Shown: positions 50,394 to 62,656 of the stretch, piece after piece
How the letters are laid out: the number at the start of each line of letters is the position of its first letter
How positions within the stretch are numbered: the stretch's first letter is position 1
Program-made: the position numbers and the translations under genes
The notes under the pieces: model-generated
What the model was told of the DNA's origin: nothing
Database searches by the model: none
What the model saw: only the letters and a program-made list of their open reading frames with translations
Assembly (NCBI GenBank): GCA_965240325.2
Contig: OZ251225.1
Span: 682,001 to 746,000 of the forward strand
DNA: 64,000 nt
Reading direction: 5' to 3'
Source of the DNA: Rebecca billardiae RCC1528
Taxonomy: Eukaryota; Protista; Haptophyta

Positions 50394-51411
50394 CTAAACA
50401 TGCGACGACTTATATCGGACTGATAATAAGCCGTAGTAGTCGTCATATTATATATATATATATATAATTGTGTCTAGAGTGAGTACAGAACTAGCGTCTC
50501 GCGCAAAACTGACTGCCGCCTTGCCACCGTTGATGGTCCCATGGATCATTGTCAGTGACACAATGAGCAGCAGAGACAGCAAAGTTCATCATTGTATTCG
50601 TAGTGTGATGCCGATGCGGCGCCTTCGGCCTTGCCCTGGTCGTTGACTGCCCTTCGGCCGCCGCCGGCCGGCGGTGGCTGAGCCTTGAGGCTTGTGATCG
50701 AACCATACGCCCGAAAGCGCCTGGCTCAATGGTGACACAGGGGGTATACCCCCCTGTGTCATCCGGGAGCTTTTGAATACGATCTGCGCGTGCGCGGGCA
50801 CTCCCGGACTGCCGCCGCGCAAGAAGGCCAGCCTGCGCGCCCTCGTCGGTCGTCCGCCGTGGCGCGTGCGCGTCGAGGCGCATGACGGCTTTAGTCGCGC
50901 CCTTCGTGCGCGTGCTCACGGGTCACGCACGCCCCGCGACCGATACGCATGTCTGGCGTGCCCTCCTTTTGCTCGCACTGCGGTCTCCTCGTCGACAGCC
51001 TTGTGATCACGCGCGCCGCCATTTCAACCGCTTGCTGGCCTGCCAGCTGCCGCGCACGCGCGTGCGGTCCGACCGATGTCGGCATGGCTGATGGCGACGC
51101 AGTGATGTTGAGTACTCTCATGCCCATCGCACAGACGCGAAAAAGCCGACCTTGAACGCCCCAGGGACGCACGCGCGCCCATCACGCTCGTCGGACAGGC
51201 CTTCTCGAGAACTGCGCCTGCCACTCAGCAGGTCTCTGCGCGCGGAGAGGGCGGCGAGGGCGTGGACGAGGCGGCACGATTGCTGCCTACGGGTGTTCTC
51301 GCCCCCGCAAAGCGCCCGCGCACGGCTGTCAAGCCCGCATGCGGCCTTGGGAGCGCTGCGCACGTGGGCCCTCGCGTCGCCCAGGGTTCGCCATCGCCCC
51401 TTCGGGCGTAT

Positions 51412-54400
51412 TACACCCCAGCTCGCCGCCGCTGCGGTGCTTTCGCGCGAGCCCCAGCGGGCAACTCGACACCCCCGTTTGGCGCGCTGGCGGGGCTGGG
51501 ACGGCCGGCCGAGGCGCGGCCGCAGCTGCGCCCGCATGAGCGCGCGCTCGGCCGCGTGCGACGCGGCGGAGTCGCGGCTGACATACCCCGGGCCCTCCTC
51601 GCGCCGCGCAACGCCGCCCACACGCATCGCCGCTCGCACGCGCAGGCCTGCCACGCCCGGCTTGGGCTTGTCAGCACAAGCTCGGCGGAGGCGCGCGGCG
51701 CCGAGGGCTCGGCCGGTGATGCGGCGCTCGCCCAGGCGGAGACTTGGCGGATGCATGGGAAGTGCCTTCGGCTGACCGGATCCCGGGCGTCGCAGTCAGT
51801 GTGTACACGCGAGGCGCGCCTGTAGTGGTCGACAGGTGACGGGCGCAGTGCGCTCGCCCTCGAGCAAGCAGTGTGTACACGCGAGGCGCGCCTGTAGTGG
51901 TCGACAGGTGACGGGCGCAGTGCGCTCGCCCTCGAGTAAGCAGCGGACGTACCGGTACGGGTGCGCGCGCACACAGCGGGGCTGTCGAGCTGCCTCCGGC
52001 TGGGTAGATCGACGGTGCATGCCCTAGTCCTGGTCTGGGAGGCTTGCGCGGGTTCGGAGGCCGGTGAACGCTCGGCGCAGACCCACGTGTCTTGCCGGGC
52101 ACGGCGGCGCGACACTCACACTGCTCGACTGCCAGTCTCAAGGATGAGTAGTGGCATCAGAGCGCTTGCCGGCGTGCTGGTGGGCTCCACCGCCACCGCC
52201 GGGCCGACGGCCACGCCTTGGCCAGGACAGGATGAGCTCACGAGTCCTCCGTAGCCGCCTGCTGCTGTGGACCCGCCGCCCAAGGCCTGCGGCCGACCGG
52301 CCATTCGGAGAGGCCAGCCAGGCGATCCGACGCCGGGCTGGGGGCGGCGAGGGCGGCGGGGATGGAGGCGGGCTCGGCGTTGGAAGGGGCGGCGGCGGGC
52401 TTGGTAGCGGCGACGTTGGCGGCGATGTCTGTGGGCGGCGTAGTGGGATTGAGCTCGGAAGCTGCCAGTGGTGATTGTGGCTCGCTGACTGACGGTGGCT
52501 GGCTCGGCGGCTGGCTCGCGAAAGAGATGAGCTGTGAGGCGGCTAAAGTCACTGTGCCACGGCGGGCTCGCTGCGTCACCGTCGCTCTCGGCCAGCAACC
52601 TGGCGGTGACGCAGCCCGGCCAAGCACGCGTCGGGCGTGGGCGCTGCCGCTAGGTTGGCCACAGGCCACCCACTCGGCAAAGCGCGGACAACGCCAATGT
52701 GACCCAGAAATGCCGTAGGGCACTGCGGGCTCGCTGCGTCTGGCGTCACCTGTGAAAGACTGTTCAGTCCGCGAGAGAGATGATTGTCACTGCCAAGTCT
52801 GTCAGGGTTCGATGAGTCGTCTTAGACTACTTAGCGACCGTAGGCTGCTGCTCGACGTCGTCATCATCATCTGACCTGCTGCGCGCGCAGTGCACTCTCG
52901 ACTGAGTCATATCAATCATAATTGCGCGGACCAGCCGCATGACGGCATGAGATGTCATCGCGACTCAGCAGAGTTCGTCACTGGCGGCCACTCAGCCCGC
53001 GCCCCGCTCGCCCCGCTGTCCACTTAGATACGCGCCTGCTGGCGATACCGTGCTCCTGCTGAGTGCTGGCTGATGACGCTGATCTGTGATGATCGCGAGA
53101 CAGCAGTCGCAGCACCACGATCATCGTATTATCAATATCAGACGGAGCCATGCGCTGCTGCACACTAGCCATCATCAGTGTCCGGTCAAGCAGTGCTACT
53201 GGCTGCTGCGAGGTCCACGTGGCAGCGTTACGGCTAGTTGCAGCAAGGCGCATCCCCAGCTCACTGCAAGTGTGCGACAGTTCCGCAACTCAAATGCATT
53301 AGGTCAAGCCGATCGGAACTGATGACGATCAGAAGCTGAGTATGCGCACAAGTCTCGTCTCGTCCAGCTTTGCGGAGCCAGCTGCTGCGTACGTGATTTG
53401 CGCGCTGGCGCCGGGCGCGCTGGCCGAGCGCTCGCATCCGCAGGCGGAGTACTACATCACTCAAGAATCTTGCCAAGATATACTAGTTAGCTCCGGCGGA
53501 CGCCATGAATAGCTGATGAGCCTGATAGTGATCGGCTGCTCATGCACATGCTGCCCGCTGCCGGGCCCGGCGGGACGAATGACAAGCAGCCTAGGGTCGG
53601 TGAAGCTGCGGCAGCTCGTGGAAGTCTAGCAGACCTGGCGAGGACCTCCATCACGAACTCAGCCCTCTCGTGGTGACGTAATGTAGCGAGTTTGCGGCCA
53701 CTACGGCCCGACTGCGTTCAGCCGCTAGCTCGGACCGCGACGGCGCGAGCTGTCGGACTGAGTGCGGCCCGTTGGCCACGGGCCTTGGGCGGCGGGTCCA
53801 CAGCAGCAGGCGGCTACGGAGGACTCGTGAGCTCATCCTGTCCTGGCCAAGGCGTGGCCGTCGGCCCGGCGATGGAGCCCGCCAGCACGCCGGCAAGCGC
53901 TCTGATGCCACTACTCATCCTTGAGACTGGCAGTCGAGCAGTGTGAGTGTCGCGCCGCCGTGCCCGGCAAGACACGTGGGTCTGCGCCGAGCGTTCACCG
54001 GCCTCCGAACCCGCGCAAGCCTCCCAGACCAGGACTAGGGCATGCACCGTCGATCTACCCAGCCGGAGGCAGCTCGACAGCCCCGCTGTGTGCGCGCGCA
54101 CCCGTACCGGTACGTCCGCTGCTTACTCGAGGGCGAGCGCACTGCGCCCGTCACCTGTCGACCACTACAGGCGCGCCTCGCGTGTACACACTGCTTGCTC
54201 GAGGGCGAGCGCACTGCGCCCGTCACCTGTCGACCACTACAGGCGCGCCTCGCGTGTACACACTGACTGCGACGCCCGGGATCCGGTCAGCCGAAGGCAC
54301 TTCCCATGCATCCGCCAAGTCTCCGCCTGGGCGAGCGCCGCATCACCGGCCGAGCCCTCGGCGCCGCGCGCCTCCGCCGAGCTTGTGCTGACAAGCCCAA

Positions 54401-54645
54401 GCCGGGCGTGGCAGGCCTGCGCGTGCGAGCGGCGATGCGTGTGGGCGGCGTTGCGCGGCGCGAGGAGGGCCCGGGGTATGTCAGCCGCGACTCCGCCGCG
54501 TCGCACGCGGCCGAGCGCGCGCTCATGCGGGCGCAGCTGCGGCGCGCCCCGGCCGTCCCAGCCCCGCCAGCGCGCCAAACGGGGGTGTCGAGTTGCCCGC
54601 TGGGGCTCGCGCGAAAGCACCGCAGCGGCGGCGAGCTGGGGTGTA
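51412..54645. repeat. Long inverted repeat, arms ~51412-52290 and ~53770-54645; each arm contains a 72-bp tandem duplication
   Basis: Identical peptides in opposite-strand ORFs (51671..52141- vs 53921..54391+). The duplication AGTGTGTACACGCGAGGC...CTCGAG is present in both arms. Confidence 0.92.
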
Positions 54646-56569
54646 CAGGTCGCTGCTTCGTTTTTCGGACTGCTTCGTCTTTCAGACCCGGCGATGGCGA
54701 CGCACCTCGCGCAGCGGCTGCTGTGTGGCGGGCGCCGCGCGGCAGGGCTAGGCGGCCTGTCGGCGCGTCTGGTGACCTCAACGCAGCTCTGGTGGCTGCG
54801 GGGCTGGAGCCCATCGCCTTCCCGATCGTGCTGTTGCTCGACAACCACTCGTCGCGGTACACGGAGGACGTGCTCGCAGCCCTCGGCACTGCTGAGTCCG
54901 AGTTCGGCATCCGCATCTTCACCGAGGAGCCGAACACGTCGCACTTCCTACAGGTAGGCGCCCGTGCGCGCGGACGGCTGCAGCGCCTCTCCGGCGCGCG
55001 CGCGTGCCCCGGGTGTACCTGGCGTGCAATCGGCCCGGCGCGCGCGCGCGACGCGCGCACAATCACCTCTCCGCCCTCGCGCGGCCGCACGCACCGTGAA
55101 GGCTCTCGATCAGTACAACCACAAGTTCCACTCGCAATACCAGAAGGGCCTGGCGTCTTTCAAGCACGCGTACACGGCGAGCTACGGCAAGGAGCCCACG
55201 ATCGGCCTCCGCGAGTTCCTCCAGATCCTCGGCGGCTGTGAGGAGCTGTCCACGCCGGGTGCGTGGTTCTCGTGGTGTGACACCTTTGACATCATCAACG
55301 CGTGGCGCAAGGTGGGCATCACGGGCAACGTGTTGGACCCGGACCAGATCAACAGGAAGGACTTCGTGGATCGTCTCGATGCCGCACAGGCGAAGGCGGA
55401 GCGCAGGCGGCAAGAGGAGGAGGCCGATGCCGCGTCGCTCGCGGCGGCGGCGCCGGCAGCGGCGCCAAGCACTCCGGAGCGCGGGGCTGCGCGCTCGGCC
55501 GACGACGGCGAGCCCTCTGGCGCGCACGCATCACCTACGTTTAGTGCGTTCACAGCCACGCCTGCGGGGATGCGCTCGAACACTGCTCCAGCCCTCCGCG
55601 CCAAGCTCGAGCTCGCCAAGGAGTACTCCGGCCGCCAGGCCGCCAAGCTCGTGCGCGAGCGTGATGAGCACGACGCCGAGCTCGCCGCGGTGCGCAAGGC
55701 GGTGAGGTTCGACCCGGGTGAGCTCGCAGACCAGCTCGGTGTCCTTCCAGTGCCCGCCGTGGAGCTCGCCGCGCCGAAGCCGGACAACACGCGGCTCGAC
55801 AGCCAAAACGGCTCGTGGTCGTTGCGTGAGATCAACACGCAGAAGGCCGCGCAGACCGCGCAGAAGGAGGCCGAGGCGGCGCGCAAGGCGGCGGCCGCAT
55901 CCGAGCGTGCGCGGAAGAAGGCGGAGGCGGAGGCAGCTGCTGCTGAGCTCGAGGCGAGCTTCGACCGCTGTCACCAGACCTGCTCGTGCGGCGTGTCGCC
56001 CTGCCCGATGGCGAAGGCGAGACGCTGCCCGACGTGCCAGAAGATCGATCTCCGAGGGTGGCTGTGCAAGAAGGCCGAGTGCTCGGAAGCTCGCAAGCAA
56101 TCGGCGCCGGCGCCGGCCGCGCCGGGCACCGCCGCGTCAGTATGAGCTGTCGTCGTCGACCGTGCTGGCCGCGCAGCCGCAGCGCCGGCTGGCGGTGGCG
56201 CGGAAGCCTAGTGAATCCCTGAGGTGGTCTGCTGCATGTATGTGGTATCTAGAGTGCATGATGCCGTTAGCCCGACTCACACGGCTCACCAGACAGCGGC
56301 TCTGACTCGGCGCGCGCGCTGAGAGCCCGCGGGTCTGAAAGTTGAAGCATGCCGTCGGCGGCCCCGTCGTGGACCTCGTGGCGTCCGTGGGGCACATGGT
56401 AGTGGAACAAAGTCGTCTAAATGGTACATACCCGCTGGGTTGTACCTCAGGCACACCCTGGGGGTGCCGCCAGACGCGATCTCGAGCGCCGCAGACCCCC
56501 GGGGGCGCCGCCGCCATCGTGCACAAAAAGTGAACAGCAATCGGGTCCGAAAGTTGAAGCAGCGACCTG
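54646..56569 (+). mobile_element. pogo/Fot1-type Tc1-mariner element, internally deleted
   Basis: TIRs CAGGTCGCTGCTTC / GAAGCAGCGACCTG, TA duplication on both sides, and subterminal repeated binding-site-like motifs (~56331, ~56543). Confidence 0.85.
54770..56145 (+). pseudogene. 5'-truncated DDE_1 (pogo-like) transposase with C-terminal Cys-rich domain; intron 54954-55101
   Basis: IVLLLDNHSSRY...EPNTSHFLQ|ALDQ (second and third catalytic Asp), IINAWRKVGI, and CSCGVSPC...CPTC...CKKAEC. The HTH and first Asp are missing. Confidence 0.8.
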
Positions 56570-56814
56570 TAGTATGCTTCCTGCAAGCTTCGGAGGGGAA
56601 CTGCCGCAACTTGTGGGCCTGGCCTGGGCAGCCGTGGGGAGCCGTGCGTCCGCAGCCCCCGCCCGGCCCCGCCGGCCGGGGTACCGGACCGGACATCCAG
56701 ACACCTGCCCGGTGCGCAGGCTGATCAACACCTCGACCAAGGGCGGTACCGCAGCTTTGCCGCCGGGGCCGCTTGTTTGGCGCCCTCCTCGCCGTCAGGC
56801 GTCACCCGCGCGCG

Positions 56815-58134
56815 ATGGGCGACTTCGGGCACGTGGATCTCGTGATCAAGAACCCAAGCCTGCCGGACACCGAATTTCGCACCTCCGTGCCCCTCGCGTC
56901 CTCCGTGCGCGAGCTCAAGGAGGAGCTGCACCGCACGCACCCGTGTCGCCCGCCCGTCGCTGAGCAGAAGATCATCTTTGCAGGCAAGGTGCTGCACGAC
57001 GCGGACGAGCTGCACGGGCACATGGCGCGGCATGACACGTCAACTCCGATCACGCTGCACCTTGTCATCCGGCAGGCGTCCGCAAGTCTGCCTGCGCACA
57101 ACGTTTGCGCGGCCCCGGCGCGCGGGGCGGACTTGCCTGCGGCTGATGACGTGCCGCCTGTCGCTCCGTGGGCAACGGGCGCCGAGGCGGCGGCAGCGAC
57201 GGCGACGGCGAGCGCGGGCGCGATGCACCCGCCTCCCGTGTATTCGCAGCTCTGCTACGTCGTCGCGGGCCAGCAGCCCGTCTGGTACGAGGTCCACGGC
57301 CAGCCGTATGTGTTCCTGATGCCGAGCTGGCAGCCTCTGCCTGCGTCCCTCGCGCAGCCGCCACAGGGTGCGGTGCCCTTCGGCATGCCGTACTTTGCGC
57401 ACGCTGGCGGCGCGCACATGCCCTATGGCGCAGGCTGGGGCGTCATGCCTCCTTGTGCGTGGCCGCCGCCACCCGCTGCATCTGACGCCGCTGCCGCGGC
57501 GCACGGCGCCGCTATGAGCCACGGCGAGGCGCCCGGGCAGGCGCGGGCAGGGGCCGGCCCAGGGCCGGTCGTTCTCAACGGAGGCGACGGCGGCGGCGGG
57601 GCCGCCAACGGCGCGGGCGCGCTCGGCCGCGCGGCCGGCGCCGCCGCTGAGCCCGGTGCCGCCGATGAGCTCGCGCAGGTCATGCGACGCGATGCAGTTC
57701 AGCTTGTGCTCAAGCTCGCGCTCCTCGTCTTCATGCTCGGGCAGGACGGCGACACGGACCGGCTGCTCGTGCTCTCGGCCGTGGCGGTGCTCATCTTCCT
57801 GTTTCAGACGAACCAGCTCGCGGGGCTGTTGCCCCCCTTCCGCGCCGCCGCACAGCCCGGTCAGCCGGCTCCTGCGACCCCGCCCGCGGCCGCGCAGCCG
57901 CCACCGCCGCCCTCAGCGCTGCGCAGCTTCTTCCATCTGGTCGTGGCGTTCTTCTCGTCGCTCTTCCCCGGCTGGCAGCTGCATCACACGCTGCAGGCAG
58001 ATGCGCACCCGGATGCGTACGATGGCGAAGCGCAACCCGGCAACGTCCCAGGGGCTGCTGCCGCTGCTGGCGCAAATGACATCGACGCCGGGGCCGCTGC
58101 GCAGGCAGCCGCGCAGGCCGGCGTAAACGGCTGA
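56815..58134 (+). CDS. HERPUD/Herp-like ER membrane ubiquitin-like domain protein (ERAD)
   Basis: UBL: LVIKNPS...VRELKEEL..HPCRPPVAEQKIIFAGKVLHD...LHLV. C-terminal TM segments LKLALLVFML...LIFLFQT and FFSSLFPG. Confidence 0.8.
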   Translation: MGDFGHVDLVIKNPSLPDTEFRTSVPLASSVRELKEELHRTHPCRPPVAEQKIIFAGKVLHDADELHGHMARHDTSTPITLHLVIRQASASLPAHNVCAAPARGADLPAADDVPPVAPWATGAEAAAATATASAGAMHPPPVYSQLCYVVAGQQPVWYEVHGQPYVFLMPSWQPLPASLAQPPQGAVPFGMPYFAHAGGAHMPYGAGWGVMPPCAWPPPPAASDAAAAAHGAAMSHGEAPGQARAGAGPGPVVLNGGDGGGGAANGAGALGRAAGAAAEPGAADELAQVMRRDAVQLVLKLALLVFMLGQDGDTDRLLVLSAVAVLIFLFQTNQLAGLLPPFRAAAQPGQPAPATPPAAAQPPPPPSALRSFFHLVVAFFSSLFPGWQLHHTLQADAHPDAYDGEAQPGNVPGAAAAAGANDIDAGAAAQAAAQAGVNG

Positions 58135-58347
58135 GGCCAGCGGCGCTGCGCCTGCTGCAATGCGCGTACTTACTGATTGGCAGCGGCCGGTGGCGTCAAG
58201 CAGCGCGGGGCACCTGCGGCATCTGCCATCTGGCGCACGGCTGACCAACCCTTGAAGGGTGCCGATCTGATTCCCGGATGATGCAGCTCACTCTTGCCAA
58301 TGTGGCCGGTCGCGGGTCTGAACTTGTGGCGGCACCGGTTCTATTTA

Positions 58348-58980
58348 CAGGGGGGGCCAGATGAGGTTTCCCACTTCGGAAGGGAAGCCATGGCGGGCGT
58401 GAATGCCCGTCCCAACGCGATCTAAGGCCCCAGCGCCACGGCCCGGTCACTGGGGCGTGGCGTAGGCAGGTCGGCGTCGCCGTACGAGCGCGTGCGCGTG
58501 AGTGACAGCTTCCCTTCCGACTTTTCGACCACTCTCACGTCCACGTCCACGACCCCGTACGACCGGCGCGCCGGTGAGGTTGCGCATGAGAAGGATGGGC
58601 AGGTAGCGGCCAGGATCACCGTTCTGACGGTCATACTGCCCTCTGGGGCATGCATTGCGACGGTGCATGCCTGGCAATGGTCCATCTGACCCTACAAGCC
58701 GTGGATCTGACGAGCAAGGTTGGCTGCGCGGTAGTCGTGCGACCGCCGTCCGACACGGCTGCCGTGCGAATACGTTTGGCGTGTGCGCGCCTGTCAACGG
58801 CAGGGTGATCAACGACCGGCATGGCTAGCAAGCTGATCAGGACTAGTAACAACCTTGTCTGGGACCACGCCACGCCATTTGGCGACCTCGCCACCGCTCA
58901 ATGCCCGTCCAGAGGCACGGACGTGCCGCACTACCTGGCCAGCCACCGCCAAAGTGGGGCCCACCATCTGGACCCCCCTG
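58348..58980. mobile_element. Tc1/mariner-type MITE
   Basis: TIRs CAGGGGGGGCCAGATG..CCCACTT / AAGTGGGG..CATCTGGACCCCCCTG with TA on both sides. Relics of the interior lie at ~25955-26233 and ~38810-38870. Confidence 0.75.
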
Positions 58981-59489
58981 TATAATAATATCACAGTGAA
59001 CAAAAACGGGATTATCGTAGTTATAGACGTTACCGTAAGGCGTAACCTGAATCTGTGAGCACACGAGCCGATTTTCGGGGAATTTCTGGCGCGCGGGCCG
59101 CACGAGCGCAGGCAGAAGACGCTACGGACACGGTGGTACGTCGCGCAGGCGCTTGTCGCGTGCCCCGGGCATGGGACTGCAACATCCCACCCAGCCTCCC
59201 CATCCCTCCGCCCCTCTCTGCCTCGCCGGGTGCCCGGGTTGCACGCGGCTGGCCGGTTACGTGATTCTCTGTTCACGGCACTTGAGTCGCGTCGACGGAC
59301 CCTGATTCGGGCCTGATTGGCTGATTGATGGGACAATACGCATGGCCGCGCGGGGCCTAAATAGCGGCAACTCGAGCAGGAAAGGACAAACGCGTACACC
59401 CATAGGTCTAATCAGTATTTCTGCCGCGGCGAATATGTACAACTACAAGGACTGTCCCAACCGGGGGCACGCTGGGTTACAAAAGCTAG

Positions 59490-59568
59490 GTCGATCCGCT
59501 GTCTTTCGGAGTAAAACACGTCGATTCGCTGACTTTCGGAGTAAAGGACCGCGATCCGCTGACTTTTC
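59490..59568. repeat. ~30-bp tandem repeat, 2.6 copies
   Basis: GTCGATCCGCTGTCTTTCGGAGTAAAACAC / GTCGATTCGCTGACTTTCGGAGTAAAGGAC / CGCGATCCGCTGACTTTTC. Confidence 0.8.
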
Positions 59569-59816
59569 ATAGGGGAAGTCCGAATTGTGGGCATCATTGT
59601 CGTATTGTTCACGCACCTCCGTTCGTTACTCGTATTTTACGCGATTAAGTAGAGTGGATAATAATACATATTATTATTCTGAGAAGTGATGAGATCGGTT
59701 GAGCCGAGCACTCGTCGGAAAATAATATTATCAGAATTGGCGTCGCCATCATCAATTCGATGACAAAATGAGCAGACAGCATAATCCATCCTCCCAGCAT
59801 GGCCACGTGACCGAGG

Positions 59817-60575
59817 ATGCCCAGCGTCGCCACGAACACCGAGCCCGAGGGGACTTTCCCCGGCGAGCTGCGCTTCTCCGACCGCGCACTGCGTGACGGA
59901 TCAAAGCGCACCGTCGCGGATGGCCTCTCGCGCTGGTGGACCATCACGCTTGCGGATGGCACGCGGCTGACGCACTCCATCGCCAGGACGGCCACGCAGG
60001 AGGCTGGCTTTGCTTCTCCACAGGGAAAACGCGCCGGCCCCCGCCGGCGGCGCAAGGGAGGTCGTGGCACGCCTCCTACTGCTCCCCCGCGGACCGCCCA
60101 GCACGCAGCGCGCACGCCGGCCTCGCCGGTGCGCCCGCCCGCCGCGCAGGGCTCGGACGCTGAGGCGCTGCAGGCGAACGACGAGCAGCAGCACTCTCAG
60201 AAGCGGAAGAAGAAGCCCCGGCGTGGGAAGCGCGGGCAACGGCGCGACGCCGAGGGCCGACGGATTCGTTCTCCATCGAGCCGTCGCTCCTCGACGCGCC
60301 GCGCCGTCAAGGAACGCCAGGCGCGCAAGGTGGCGCGCCTGGCACCGACCGCTGCACCCACGCCAGTCCCTGCTGCCCCGCTCCACGAGGACCGAGACTC
60401 GCCCCCGGGCGACGACTTGGACGACGAGGAGCTGCCGCAGCAGCGGACGAAGCGCACCCTGGACGACGCCGCAGCGCCAGCCGCCGCCAGCCAGCCAGCT
60501 GGCTCGAGCGGCAGGCGCGTACGCGACCGCTCGGGGAGCACGGGGCAGGCTCGACCAGCTGCTACCAGCGGCTGA
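59817..60575 (+). CDS. Hypothetical basic protein with NLS-like tracts
   Basis: ATG-initiated 252-aa ORF with GC3 bias, a globular-looking N-terminus (RWWTITLADGTRLTHSI) and KRKKKPRRGKR; flanked by AT-rich DNA. Confidence 0.45.
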   Translation: MPSVATNTEPEGTFPGELRFSDRALRDGSKRTVADGLSRWWTITLADGTRLTHSIARTATQEAGFASPQGKRAGPRRRRKGGRGTPPTAPPRTAQHAARTPASPVRPPAAQGSDAEALQANDEQQHSQKRKKKPRRGKRGQRRDAEGRRIRSPSSRRSSTRRAVKERQARKVARLAPTAAPTPVPAAPLHEDRDSPPGDDLDDEELPQQRTKRTLDDAAAPAAASQPAGSSGRRVRDRSGSTGQARPAATSG

Positions 60576-61164
60576 GACTGCCAGCTGACATCCGGACCTG
60601 CACCATCGCCCTCGCTCGGGGCACAGCAGGGCCATGCGAGCCGCGCAGCGCAGGTGGATCGCGCTCCAGCAGCTCAAGGCCGCGCTCAAGCTTTACGATC
60701 GCGGTGCAGGCTATGCTCTGCCACCAACGCCGACTTCGTGTCGACGATCGGGCACTGCCGCCGACGAATCAGGAGACCCGCGTCGTCCTACCTGTGTCGT
60801 TAAATCATAGAATGAGTCCGCCGGTCTGAGAGTTCGGGTTGACCCGCGATATTAATAATATATATCAGATTATTGCATGTATTCTTAAAGTGCATGATGC
60901 TAGCCAACCATTTGCTGCTCGATGTATGGCAGTTGATTATTGAGACCAACCACAGAGGCCGTGCGTAATTAAATAACGAGGAAAAAGCTGCGCAGCCGAA
61001 GTGGCCTGCGATTCGCCCCTGGGCCTGAGCAATGACGGCATCGTCAGATCGGACCCGACCGTGAATCGGTTGGCAGCCATCACTCATCAGCAGACCGACA
61101 GACGCTCCCCAAGTTCGCGAGATCATGTCCAACGCGCCGACAGCATGAGACGTTCAAAATGAGC

Positions 61165-61785
61165 TCATGTGGTGTGCTTCATCAGCGGGGAGAGCTCGGC
61201 CTCGAGCCACTTGAAGCCAGACAGCACGCCGTCGTCTGGATCGGCAGTGGCAGAGCACTCCTGCAGAAAGCAAGCCCGACCGGACGATCGGACGCCATCC
61301 ACGTCCAAGTGGGTGGCGAGCTGCTCAACTGGAATGGCCTTTGTTAGATCTTGCTTGTTTGCGAAGACGAGCACCGGTGTGTGGTCCATTCCGCGTTCCC
61401 GGTGCAGCGCGATGATGTGACGCAGCCTCTCAAGTGCCTCTTCCAGCCGGGCGTAATCGTGGGCGTCGACGACGAAGATTAGCGCGTCCACGCGAACGCG
61501 CAGCCATGGCAGATGCGTCAAATAACCGCGAAAGCGGACGCGGCTTGCCTCGATGCACATGAAGACGTGCGCTCCGAAGGTGAGGGTGTGCATGTCGCCG
61601 AGCATGCCAGCATCGCGCGTTGCGACACCATGAGTGAAGCGGGTCAACACACTTGTCTTTCCCGCTCCGTCGAGACCTTCCAGCAAGAGACGTCCACGGG
61701 GTGCAAGGGAGCGACGCTGTCGTGGCGAGATCGCACGACAAATCTTGGAGCAGGTCTCGCGAAGGGCCGCCACCACGACGCGCAT
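61165..61785 (-). CDS. Atypical Arf/Arl-family small GTPase
   Basis: GLDGAGKTS (G1), DALIFVVDAHDYARLEEA, PVLVFANKQDL (G4), QECSA (G5), GVLSGFKWL. Confidence 0.85.
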   Translation of the reverse strand: MRVVVAALRETCSKICRAISPRQRRSLAPRGRLLLEGLDGAGKTSVLTRFTHGVATRDAGMLGDMHTLTFGAHVFMCIEASRVRFRGYLTHLPWLRVRVDALIFVVDAHDYARLEEALERLRHIIALHRERGMDHTPVLVFANKQDLTKAIPVEQLATHLDVDGVRSSGRACFLQECSATADPDDGVLSGFKWLEAELSPLMKHTT

Positions 61786-62656
61786 TGGCGGACGGCGATC
61801 CTGGTCCCCGGCTGACTCACGAACGGTGACTCGTCCAGGCTCGTCAAATACTCAAATCGTTCGGACGCGTTCGCGGTTCGCCCGGTTTATTGACGTTGCA
61901 AGAAAACCTAGAGCCCCGGCCCAGCGCGGGAAGCGGCGACACCGCCCTGCGGCGTGGTTCGCCCCGCGCTTGTGGGGGCTAGCGGCTTGCGCATCGCCAT
62001 CGGAGGAAGTTCTTGGCGCCTGTGGGATGCTCTCGAAGTGCGTTTGCCCGCGCGAGCACGCGAGGGGTGCATTCCTCTCGCTAGCCTCGCGCCGGCGCGC
62101 GTGCGTGCGCTCGTTCGGAACAGCATGTTGAACCCCGCGATCACGACCGCGTGAAGCCCGCGCACGTGACATTGTGCCGGATGACAGGGCGCCTGGGGCC
62201 GGGCAAGTATACTACGGATGCATACGTTGGGATGACATCGTATGCCACCCTCGCTAGTGCACCGAATGCCCCTGATGTGCTGTCCCGCGTGCATCACGAC
62301 CGTCCGCCGTGCCGTCGTCGAGAGTGACCCACCCAACTTCAGACTGCAATATTAGGTCCCAGGGTGATGCTCAGGTCCCTGAAGGTGTTGGGCCTGTATC
62401 ATGGTGTCAGGGAGACCCAGAATGACTTATTCGCCGGATGCCCATCATGCCGCTGAGACCTAATATACCCGTGTAACGGTCGGGGCTCTAGGTTTTCTTG
62501 CACCATCAATAGCCCAGGTTTGCTCGCCGGAGCAGGACGGGAAGAAAATCCGGTTCCACCCTGCCGAGCTGGCGAGTGCAGCAAGCTTCGCAGCACCCGG
62601 CTGTGATTGGGTCGCGAGGGGAAGCGGTGGCAGGCGACGTCGAGGCCGCTGCGCCC

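Noticed and set aside
58447-58812. LPILLMRNL resembling a Pif1/Helitron helicase motif
   Set aside because: An isolated short match inside a mariner-type MITE, with no neighbouring helicase motifs.
59490-59568. 30-bp repeats as a possible CRISPR array
   Set aside because: Contiguous tandem units with no unique spacers, no cas genes, and a eukaryotic context.
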